Source: a virus (lineage: Duplodnaviria; Caudoviricetes). From it: a stretch of DNA of 24,998 bases. Shown one piece after another: positions 8,822-16,145 of the stretch. Every line of letters begins with the position of its first letter. The first letter of the stretch is position 1. Location: positions 1 through 24,998 of IMG/VR virus record IMGVR_UViG_3300032163_000097; one strand, given 5' to 3'. The notes below the pieces were generated by a model, which was not told where the DNA came from, did not search any database, and saw only the letters and a list, made by a program, of their open reading frames with translations. Made by a program: the position numbers and the translations under genes.

Positions 8822-9475
8822 TTGAGCATAACAAAAAAGGGAGTTAAGAGGCAATATGGTATCGAGCCGGGGTTGGTTCTATGGCTTCCCTTCGATGGCG
8901 ATGTCCGGGACTATTCTGGGAATAGTAACCATGGGTTGAATTATGGGGCGTCATGGACGACGGGGAAGATCGGAGGTGCCCTCAGCTTCAACGGCGTAGA
9001 CAACTATATTAATTGTGGTTCTGCTCCAAGTTTAGATGACTTGACAACTTTTACATATAGCTTTTGGCTAAAGTCAAACTTACTGAATCAGAACGGTATA
9101 TCCCTAAGCAAAAAGTTTTGGTGGTCAAGAATAGAGAACGATGATAAATTCAGAATGAATATTTCCGCCGCTACTACTGCCGCAGATACAAAAACGACAC
9201 AAACTATTGGCACTTCAGCTTGGAAACATATCGTGATGACTTTCGATAATTCTGGCGATAGAAAAATTTACATTTACATAAATGGAGCTGAATCGGCATA
9301 CGATAACCAAACAGCAGCAGTAGGAGCCTTAACATCTGATGCTGCTAATTCTTTATGGATAGGCAAATATTATGATGGTCAGTATCCTTTTAAAGGCGTC
9401 ATCGATGAGGTTCGCATCTACAACCGCGCCCTCATCGCCGCCGAAATCTGGGATTTGTACCAGAGGGGATTGTAG
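8822..9475 (+). CDS. LamG/concanavalin A-like domain protein
   Basis: LVLWLPFDG..DYSGNSNHG, GKIGGALSFNG.DNYI, WKHIVMTFD, FKGVIDEVRIYNRAL. Confidence 0.9.
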   Translation: MSITKKGVKRQYGIEPGLVLWLPFDGDVRDYSGNSNHGLNYGASWTTGKIGGALSFNGVDNYINCGSAPSLDDLTTFTYSFWLKSNLLNQNGISLSKKFWWSRIENDDKFRMNISAATTAADTKTTQTIGTSAWKHIVMTFDNSGDRKIYIYINGAESAYDNQTAAVGALTSDAANSLWIGKYYDGQYPFKGVIDEVRIYNRALIAAEIWDLYQRGL

Positions 9476-9500
9476 AAAGTTACTAAGAATATTATAGAGG
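9475..9500 (+). repeat. degenerate third copy of the 25-bp repeat (possible promoter element)
   Basis: GAAAGTTACTAAGAATATTATAGAGG, directly after the LamG stop. Confidence 0.65.
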
Positions 9501-9509
9501 TGTTTATGT

Positions 9510-9665
9510 ATGACGGTATGCGGGATTTGTGGTCGGACCCTTGGGAGCCAAGAGTCAACCTATCATAGGGATGTCAGGAAACAGGGGGCTACTTCATATA
9601 CGAGCGTTTTATGCGCGGACTGTGCGAACCGCTTTCCAAATAGTTATACCCAAAAGGAGAGATAA
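9510..9665 (+). CDS. 51-aa Zn-finger protein; not in the ORF track
   Basis: MTVCGICGRTLG...LCADCANRF...; GAGGTG RBS. Confidence 0.65.
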   Translation: MTVCGICGRTLGSQESTYHRDVRKQGATSYTSVLCADCANRFPNSYTQKER

Positions 9666-9702
9666 AACATTTAGGTTTACAAAGAAATTTTGGTGAGTAA
9701 GA

Positions 9703-10716
9703 ATGGAGAAGGGATGTAACTATGGTCCGGGGCTTTGTAGAAAATGCGGTAAAGATCATGGTATACATCCTTGCTTAGGTAAACCGGGGCACCATCATTC
9801 TGAAGAAACTAAGAAAAAAATAAGTGATACTAAAAAGGGAAATAAAAATCCGATGTTTGGGCATACATATGGTGATATTCCTTGTATTAAATGTGGAAAG
9901 ATTCATACTCCCAATAGGGGAATGTTAGGAAGACGCCACACGGAAGAAACTAAAATAAAAATGAGTGAAAATCATAAAGGGTCGTTAGGAAAACATTGGT
10001 TTCATACAGAAGAATGGAAAAGGGATATGAGCAATAAATTAAAGGGTAGGCATCTTTCTGATGAACAAAAGGAACAAATATCGATTGTTCATACAGGTCT
10101 TCATCCATCTGAAGAGACTAGGGTGAGAATGAGTGAAGGAATGAAAGGAAAAAATAAAGGTAAAAAACGCACGCCGGAACAGATTGAACTATTTAGTAAA
10201 GTTCGTAAGGAGGAGTGGGAAAATCTTACTCCCGAAGAAAGAATGAAACGAGGAGCTATATCAAAGGAAGTTCAGAATAGACCCGATGTTAAAGCCAAAA
10301 AAAGCGAAAAACTTAAAAAGTCTTGGATAAACGGAGATTTTGATGAAGCAAATATGGGTGCGCGTGGAGTTGGAGGAAAACGATCCGATCTTAATGACCA
10401 GTTTTTCCGTTCTACTTGGGAAGCAAATTTGGCGAGAATTATGAACTATCATAAGATAAAGTGGGAATACGAACCTAAACGCTTTGATTTTGGAGAATTT
10501 AGTTATTGCCCCGATTTCTACCTACCCGAAACTGATTCTTGGGTTGAGGTGTACGGTTATCTAGATGAAGATAAAGCGAAAAAACTTTGGGCTATCTCCA
10601 AGTTAGTGAATATTCAAATTGTAAATGAAACCATCTATGACCAACTTAAAAGTGAGTTCAAGGACAAACTACCTTTCTGGGAGAATGGGAGAAAAAAGGT
10701 GAGTAATGATAAATGA
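9703..10716 (+). CDS. free-standing putative homing endonuclease (NUMOD3 repeats plus PD-(D/E)xK nuclease)
   Basis: HSEETKKKIS and HTEETKIKMS repeats; FRSTWEANLA...WEYEP...YCPDFYLP...VEVYG; AT-rich relative to flanks. Confidence 0.8.
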   Translation: MEKGCNYGPGLCRKCGKDHGIHPCLGKPGHHHSEETKKKISDTKKGNKNPMFGHTYGDIPCIKCGKIHTPNRGMLGRRHTEETKIKMSENHKGSLGKHWFHTEEWKRDMSNKLKGRHLSDEQKEQISIVHTGLHPSEETRVRMSEGMKGKNKGKKRTPEQIELFSKVRKEEWENLTPEERMKRGAISKEVQNRPDVKAKKSEKLKKSWINGDFDEANMGARGVGGKRSDLNDQFFRSTWEANLARIMNYHKIKWEYEPKRFDFGEFSYCPDFYLPETDSWVEVYGYLDEDKAKKLWAISKLVNIQIVNETIYDQLKSEFKDKLPFWENGRKKVSNDK

Positions 10717-11501
10717 GCACCGAAATCTTGTCTCCAGTCGATCAGCCATCGCTTTTATACCCCGCGTTGTATGGGGTGAAGCCTCGGCGGAAGGATTATC
10801 GGTGCAAAAGATGCGGCTCCGACAACCAGACGTGCCTCAGGGCTGAGACGAAATACTTCAGGGGGGGGAATCTCGAAGATGTTTTCTTCGACTTCGAGTG
10901 CGGATGCGGGAACGCTTTCTTCGTCGCCGCGAAGCTGCTGGTGAACGAGGTTCTGGAGGAGCAGATGGAGAGAATCTTCAACTTCACCAAGGTGACGGGC
11001 AAGGAGTTCGGGGCGCTGGTGATCAGGACCGTGGACGGGGATATCATTCTGGATATGTTCCAGATTGGGGAGAACCGCGAGGTGGAGATGGTTCCGACCC
11101 ACGAGATGAGGGAGGGGGAGGAGATTCTTGGAACCATGCATGTCCACCCCCAGTCACCAACATTTTCCTTATACGATCTGGCAACTATGATTCGCGACAA
11201 GAGATGGGAAAAGATAAGCATGGTGGCGGGGGCGGACGGGAGTTTCAACGTCGCCATACCCACCTCGAAGACGCCTAAAATGGAGGATATAGGCGCGTGG
11301 CTCAAAGAGAACGAGAATATGAAAGACGAGGACGGGAATGTAGACGCGGTGGGGTTAGCCAACAAGTATAACTTTCTGTTATACCGAGGGAAGGCGGATA
11401 ACCTGAAGTTGATTTCGGCGGATGATATTAAGACGTATACCTTGGAGGACTTGTTTAGGCGGGTCTCCGGGGTTAAGAATATAAAGGAGAGTAAGAAGTG
11501 A
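10713..11501 (+). CDS. JAB/MPN (JAMM-motif) metalloprotein with a Zn ribbon and an MCP-like N-terminal peptide
   Basis: KEFGA plus HVHPQSPTFSLYD (HxH-x7-S-x2-D-like); CKRC and CGC. Confidence 0.75.
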   Translation: MSTEILSPVDQPSLLYPALYGVKPRRKDYRCKRCGSDNQTCLRAETKYFRGGNLEDVFFDFECGCGNAFFVAAKLLVNEVLEEQMERIFNFTKVTGKEFGALVIRTVDGDIILDMFQIGENREVEMVPTHEMREGEEILGTMHVHPQSPTFSLYDLATMIRDKRWEKISMVAGADGSFNVAIPTSKTPKMEDIGAWLKENENMKDEDGNVDAVGLANKYNFLLYRGKADNLKLISADDIKTYTLEDLFRRVSGVKNIKESKK

Positions 11502-11590
11502 GAGTTATGATGGTTAAAAAGTTCCTCGTTTAGAGGATTAAAAAAGAGATAGGAGAAAAATAAAAAAGTAAAAGGGAGGAATGAAAAGAA

Positions 11591-11866
11591 ATGAGTGTTC
11601 CAGATGCAGTGTATCCGCTCAGGACATTCCCAGAGATAATCACGACAAGCTTGACGGCGACCAACGTGACGGGTAGCTCTATAGTTTCGGGCTCTTCCGT
11701 CTATGGCGCTTACGCCAAAATAACTACCGTCAGCGGAAGCACAATATCCGCCGCGGGTGGATCGTTCATCCCGCCGACGGGCTCGGCCTCGGGTTCTCTC
11801 GTCGCCAGCCTGACCATGGCGGTGAACATAACGGGAAGCACGTATTACGTCCAGTTATTTGCTTAG
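11591..11866 (+). CDS. small Ser/Thr-rich virion (fibre/spike-like) protein
   Basis: GGAGG RBS in an A-rich leader; beta-rich; six [ST]GS motifs; ends YYVQLFA. Confidence 0.55.
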   Translation: MSVPDAVYPLRTFPEIITTSLTATNVTGSSIVSGSSVYGAYAKITTVSGSTISAAGGSFIPPTGSASGSLVASLTMAVNITGSTYYVQLFA

Positions 11867-11895
11867 GTTCCTTATTTTTTTAGGGGGTTTTTTGA

Positions 11896-12135
11896 ATGTC
11901 AAAAGAAGAGGAGTGCGAGAGCGCGGAGAAGAATCCGATGTGCCCCTACCTCACGCAGATCACCAGCTTCGGCAAGAAACTGGATGGTTTGGAGAGTAAA
12001 TACGGAGAAAGTCAGACCTCTATGGCGGGGCTTAAGACGGACGTGGGATGGCTTAAAAAAGGATACTGGATTCAGATCGGTATACTGCTTTCGTTGCTAG
12101 GATTGGTGATATCGCTTTTTGGGAGAGGTGGATAA
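11896..12135 (+). CDS. coiled-coil protein with a C-terminal TM helix (XhlA/holin-like)
   Basis: Heptad segment followed by hydrophobic WIQIGILLSLLGLVISLF. Confidence 0.6.
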   Translation: MSKEEECESAEKNPMCPYLTQITSFGKKLDGLESKYGESQTSMAGLKTDVGWLKKGYWIQIGILLSLLGLVISLFGRGG

Positions 12136-12137
12136 AC

Positions 12138-13166
12138 GTGCCGTGGGAGGAAAATCCTGAAACTATTCGCAGCGGGCATGGGGAGATAGGCAGATTCGAT
12201 CCGAAATCCTTCAGAACCATAGATATCACCGAAGGAATCAAAGCTGTGATAGGTTGCCCCAAGGGAAACTTCGTGAACGGTAAATGCAAGGTGGGTACAG
12301 AGGTTCAGAGCTACATTTTTTCGAAGCCGAAGTTCACCATGAAAACTGCAAAGGCATGGTTCAAAGAGCACGAGGGCGCTAAGAAGGAGGAAGAGGAAAT
12401 GGACGAGAAACTTTCTTGGATTCAGGAGATAGAGCGCGCTTTCAGGGCTATGGATGATAAGGAGAGGTTTGTTGCAATTTCTACTTGGACAGAAGAGCAA
12501 CTTACAGAAAAGATCGCCGAACTTCAAAAACAACTCGATAGTTTATGGACGAAACCGCCTGAACCTGAGGATATAGAAAAAGAGAAAAAAAGAGCACGTC
12601 TTTCCGCGGAAATAGAAGCCTATAAACAAGCTTTAGCTGAACTTATTAAAAAGAAGGTTCAGGGAGAAAATATTAAAACTTCTAATTGGAAGGCGTCCTT
12701 TAACTACTCCGCGGGAACCATGATAGCCGAACTTTTGCCCGATTTCGAGACGCCGAATAAAAACGGCTTCTTCTTGGATAAATCTCTAAAGGAGAAAATA
12801 ATTGCGAAACTCAATTCGGGAAAGGTTTTTCTTACAGATTCCCACGGTAGAACATTAAGAGATATTTTAGGAAAAGTTACAAAGGGGTTCGAGCGGGGCG
12901 GGAAAATAAAAATTGAGGCTGATCTTGACCCAGATATTGATCCCAAAATCGATAAAATTCTTACGAAATATAAGGACAACTTAGGGGTCTCTTTAGAAGG
13001 TCCGGGCGCGGGATATTGTACGATTTGCGGTCAACGGGTTCACGGAATGGAGAGATGCTTCAAACATCCGAAGGCTCCAATTGTCGTGAAGGAGTTTGAC
13101 TTGAGAAAAGTCGCTCTTACGGACGATCCCGCGTGGGAGACGAGTAGGGTAGAGGATTATGTCTGA
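12138..13166 (+). CDS. prohead (maturation) protease with N-terminal accessory domains
   Basis: PNKNGFF...DSHG...LGKV...GVSLEG...CTICG...VALTDDPA match HK97-type protease motifs (putative His and Ser); directly before the scaffold. Confidence 0.8.
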   Translation: MPWEENPETIRSGHGEIGRFDPKSFRTIDITEGIKAVIGCPKGNFVNGKCKVGTEVQSYIFSKPKFTMKTAKAWFKEHEGAKKEEEEMDEKLSWIQEIERAFRAMDDKERFVAISTWTEEQLTEKIAELQKQLDSLWTKPPEPEDIEKEKKRARLSAEIEAYKQALAELIKKKVQGENIKTSNWKASFNYSAGTMIAELLPDFETPNKNGFFLDKSLKEKIIAKLNSGKVFLTDSHGRTLRDILGKVTKGFERGGKIKIEADLDPDIDPKIDKILTKYKDNLGVSLEGPGAGYCTICGQRVHGMERCFKHPKAPIVVKEFDLRKVALTDDPAWETSRVEDYV

Positions 13167-13275
13167 ATGGAATAATTATAAACAAGTGGCTAAAAGTTCG
13201 CCCCTCGATTCAATAGCCGGTTTAAGCCAAGTCGGCGAGAGGGGAGAAAGAAATAAAAGGAGGAAAAAATGAAAG

Positions 13276-13914
13276 ATGTCTGTAGAAGAGAAAAAGGTGG
13301 AAGCTCAGACTGAGAAGAAACCTGCAGGGGATGACGCTGTAGTGCTCTTGGGAAAGAAACTCGAAGAGTACGGCAAGAAACTTGACGGCGTGATATCAAA
13401 GATGGAGTCTATTGAGCAGGAACTAGGCAAGGTAAAGGTTGCCGCGCCAAAGAAAGAGGCTAAAAAGAAGGACGAAGACGAAGACGAGGATGAGGCTAAA
13501 AAGAAAGACGAGGAAGAGGACGAGGACGAGGACGAAGTAAAGAAGAAAGATGAGGACGACGACGCTTGCCCGCCATGGGCTAAGAAAATGGGCAAGAAAC
13601 TCGATGAACTTCTGAAGGTAAAGAAGGAAGAGGCTAAAAAAGACGAGGACGAGGATGAAGACGAAGCCAAGAAAAAGGACGAGGATGAAGAGGACGACGA
13701 GGCTAAAAAGAAAGTGAAGAAAGCTGAGGCAAAGAAGAAAGGACCAGAAGAGGAAGAGGAAGAGGATGAACCTTGGGAAGACGAGGATGACGCCGAGGCT
13801 AAAAAGAAGGTCAAGGGCGCTGCCGTAGATAATGGCGAAGCAATAAAGGGCGCATCGACGAGTTGGTACGATGAGGTCAAGGCCGCGTCAAAGAAATATT
13901 TCCCAGATATTTAA
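13276..13914 (+). CDS. scaffolding protein (acidic/Lys low-complexity repeats)
   Basis: Coiled coil plus (E)AKKKDEDEDED repeats; lies between protease and cement/MCP genes. Confidence 0.75.
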   Translation: MSVEEKKVEAQTEKKPAGDDAVVLLGKKLEEYGKKLDGVISKMESIEQELGKVKVAAPKKEAKKKDEDEDEDEAKKKDEEEDEDEDEVKKKDEDDDACPPWAKKMGKKLDELLKVKKEEAKKDEDEDEDEAKKKDEDEEDDEAKKKVKKAEAKKKGPEEEEEEDEPWEDEDDAEAKKKVKGAAVDNGEAIKGASTSWYDEVKAASKKYFPDI

Positions 13915-13932
13915 AAAGGAGGATGATATGAA

Positions 13933-14364
13933 ATGGCATATCTAAGTCTTGAGGGTACGAAGGACTTCTTAGCTGCGACTCCGGCGCTTATCGTAACGTA
14001 CGTGGCGTCTGGGTCAATTGCTGCAGGGAACGGTCTGAAGTGGGATGCTGGAAACACAGGCGAGGTCTGGGCAGATACGGCGGGAGCGCTGGGTAAATGC
14101 GCGGGCGTCGCCTTGGCTACGGTATCCGATGGCGACAACGTTCCTGTGTTGGTCTGGGGCTACGCAAAGAATCTTGTTTCTTACGAAACGATGGTTCCGG
14201 GAGATCGCATCATGCTTAGTAGTGTTGCGCAGGGACCGGGATTTACTAAGGACGTACCAGTCCTTGTTTCCGGTTCATATTCTGCCAGCATATACAAGTG
14301 TGGTGTCTGTGTAACCAACGTGACGAGCGGAAGCAAGTTCATGGCCCTGATCAACTGCATGTAG
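13933..14364 (+). CDS. capsid cement/decoration protein
   Basis: A.GSIAAG...AGVALATVSDGDNVPVLVWG pattern (DUF2190-like), immediately before the MCP. Confidence 0.75.
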   Translation: MAYLSLEGTKDFLAATPALIVTYVASGSIAAGNGLKWDAGNTGEVWADTAGALGKCAGVALATVSDGDNVPVLVWGYAKNLVSYETMVPGDRIMLSSVAQGPGFTKDVPVLVSGSYSASIYKCGVCVTNVTSGSKFMALINCM

Positions 14365-14404
14365 GTAGTCTGAAGGTTCCACTTTTTTTAAAAGTTTGAG
14401 GTAG

Positions 14405-14431
14405 AAAAGGGGGGCTAATAACGCCCCTTTT
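14405..14431 (+). promoter_or_regulatory. intergenic hairpin upstream of the MCP gene
   Basis: AAAAGGGGGGC-TAATAAC-GCCCCTTTT imperfect inverted repeat, followed by an A-rich leader and AGGAGG RBS. Confidence 0.45.
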
Positions 14432-14463
14432 AAAAAATAAAAAAATAAAAGGAGGAAAATGAA

Positions 14464-15558
14464 ATGTCTTTATCTAGAGAAATTCTTAGTCCAGTAACTA
14501 CAGCCGGCTTGCTATACGAGAGGGATGAACAGTCTTCTCGGGCAAAATCCCGCGCTGCACACACTCGTAAGCCAAATCGCCATGCCGAACATGGTGGCGA
14601 GAGAGTAAGTAGTTCAAACCTTTTGAGCTATTATTCCGCCAGACAATTTCTGCAAAACTACAGTCTGACCGCCAGTAACTCAATAACCTTCCCGAAGCAG
14701 TCAGGATCGCCAGCGGCGGTCGTGAACCAAGTCGCGGAGGGCGCTGAGTTCCCGATGGATGTCACCGCGTACAGTGCTGTAAACGTCGTTCCTTACAAGG
14801 TCGCGCATGGTTTTATAATCACGCGTGAGACTATTGAGGACAGCCTCATTCCTATCCAACAGGATCAGCTTGCTCGTGCCGCTCTGCGTGTCGCGAACAA
14901 GGTTGACAAGGATTGCATCAGTGTAATCAACACGGGTAGGAGTGGCTCGACGGCGGCAACAGGAAAATCGCTTGCGCTGAATGGCACTGAGTTCGTCTTG
15001 AGTGGCTCTGGAGGCTTGGGTATCGGCATGTATACTCCTAAAAGGAGTAGTGTAAACGATATCATAGCCGCGAAGAGCCTTGTGGAGAACAACAACTATA
15101 TGCCTGATAGAGAAAGTAGTAATAAAATATTATTTCTCCGGGAAACGTTGTTAGTTCACCCACGAGCGAAGGTGTTCATAGAGAGGCTTCCGCACTTCAC
15201 GGCTCAGTATTCGTACGGAGAGCCGAGAATGCAGACGGGCTTCATAGCGACGCCGGGTAAGTTTGGTGATATCTTGGGACTAGATGCTTATGCTTCGACT
15301 AACTGCCCAACGGGCTCCGCATTCGTGCTGAGCAGGGGCAGAACCACGAACATCCTCGGCCAGTATAAAGGAGTCGGGTAACTCTAACTTCTTGCTGAAA
15401 GTCCGTTAGGATTCTTCGTGGAAAGAAGGCCCATCACCACAGCGATAAAGCCGCTCGAAGAGAGGGATAGCATCGGCATCTATGTGTCTATGAGGTACGC
15501 ACCAACTGTAATACGCGGCGAGGCCGCGTGCGAGATCACTGGTATCAATGTGAGCTAA
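14464..15558 (+). CDS. HK97-fold major capsid protein split into 6 exons: join(14464..14515,14547..14601,14643..15031,15056..15108,15145..15366,15400..15558), 309 aa
   Basis: Spliced product MSLSREILSPVTTAGLLYPALHTLVSQIAMPNMVARQFLQNYSLTASNSITFPKQ...VAEGAEFP...YKVAHGFIITRETIEDS...GIGMYDIIAAKSLVENNNYMPDTLLVHP...GDILGLDAYAST...GQYSPLGFFVERRPITT...DSIGIYVSMRYAPTVIRGEAACEITGINVS. Exons total 930 nt. Confidence 0.92.
14516..14546 (+). other. BHB intron 1 of MCP (31 nt, frameshifting)
   Basis: Central helix UGCU(14510-13)/GGCA(14541-44); bulges AU^A and AA^A; intron stem CGAGAGGG/UCUUCUCG; ligation gives CTA TAT CCC (L-Y-P). Outer helix imperfect. Confidence 0.88.
14602..14642 (+). other. BHB intron 2 of MCP (41 nt, frameshifting)
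   Basis: Central helix GGCG(14596-99)/CGCC(14637-40); bulges AG^A and AG^A; stems GAGUAA/UUAUUC and UAGUUCAAA/UUUGAGCUA; ligation gives GCG AGA CAA (A-R-Q). Outer helix weak. Confidence 0.9.
15032..15055 (+). other. BHB intron 3 of MCP (24 nt, in-frame)
   Basis: Outer helix UAUCG/CGAUA; central GCAU(15026-29)/GUGU(15050-53); bulges GU^A and AA^A; stem UACUCCU/AGGAGUA; ligation gives ATG TAC GAT (M-Y-D). Confidence 0.88.
15109..15144 (+). other. BHB intron 4 of MCP (36 nt, in-frame)
   Basis: Outer AUG/CGU; central CCUG(15103-06)/CGGG(15139-42); bulges AU^A and AA^A; stems GAGAAA/UUUCUC and UAGUA/UAUUA; ligation gives CCT GAT ACG (P-D-T-L-L-V-H-P). Confidence 0.9.
15367..15399 (+). other. BHB intron 5 of MCP (33 nt, contains an in-frame TAA)
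   Basis: Outer GGC/GUC; central CAGU(15361-64)/GCUG(15394-97); bulges AU^A and AA^A; stem AAGGAGU/ACUUCUU; ligation gives CAG TAT AGT CCG (Q-Y-S-P). Confidence 0.92.
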
Positions 15559-15572
15559 TCGCACCAAATATC

Positions 15573-15604
15573 GTAGGGGTTCGCCCCTACATCCCATTTT
15601 TTTT
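15573..15604 (+). terminator. hairpin plus T-tract after the MCP
   Basis: GTAGGGG-TTCG-CCCCTAC perfect 7-bp stem, then T8 at 15597-15604, just after the spliced-MCP stop (15558). Confidence 0.7.
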
Positions 15605-15691
15605 AAACATAAAGTAGTCACCCGAGGAGGGTGTTCATAGTCAATATGTCCGAGGAGGATAATTTATCCCTATAAATTAGGTGAATTAAAT

Positions 15692-16135
15692 ATGCCTTAC
15701 ACAACAGTTCAAGACACAGTAAATTGGTTGGGCGGGACGATTACGGGGAGCACCTGCTATTTTTGGGAACTTACGATACCTTCCGGGAGCGTGCAGGATC
15801 ACATCGTTTATGGTGAGCATTACCTTCACAACATCCTCGGAGACACCCGATGGAATGCGACAACCGACTACACTTCCGGAAGTCTCCGGCAACTCATCAG
15901 AAATTACGTATCCTTCAGAGTTCTAGTGGTTCTCACGGGGGGCATCATCACGGAGGGATTCCTTTATCGCACGGGGATGCCTATAGAGCGTCCACAACTC
16001 CTATCCACGCTCACCTCCATGATAGAGTCCTTCAAATCCGCTTCCGAGGGGGAGCTGATGAAGCTTCAGGACATCATAGTTTATGCTGAAGCGGATCAGC
16101 CCGCCTACGGCAAGACCGCACCGCCTGTTATGTGA
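15692..16135 (+). CDS. putative head-tail adaptor
   Basis: MPYTTVQD start typical of gp6/gp15-like adaptors; first gene after the MCP; size fits. Confidence 0.65.
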   Translation: MPYTTVQDTVNWLGGTITGSTCYFWELTIPSGSVQDHIVYGEHYLHNILGDTRWNATTDYTSGSLRQLIRNYVSFRVLVVLTGGIITEGFLYRTGMPIERPQLLSTLTSMIESFKSASEGELMKLQDIIVYAEADQPAYGKTAPPVM

Positions 16136-16145
16136 GGGAGAGCAA

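Noticed and set aside
13305-13880. 191-aa Ser/Phe-rich minus-strand ORF
   Set aside because: Antisense shadow of the Glu/Asp/Lys repeats of the scaffold gene.
14405-14431. Extra BHB introns at intergenic hairpins (also 15573-15590 and 18246-18280)
   Set aside because: No 4-bp central helix with 3-nt bulges flanks these stems. In-frame introns in other genes were not seen by eye but need a computational BHB scan to exclude.
14464-15381. 305-aa MCP as given in the ORF track, or MCP as a pseudogene
   Set aside because: It includes intron-derived residues, reads exon 2 out of frame and lacks the C-terminal strands; five precise BHB motifs explain all disruptions.
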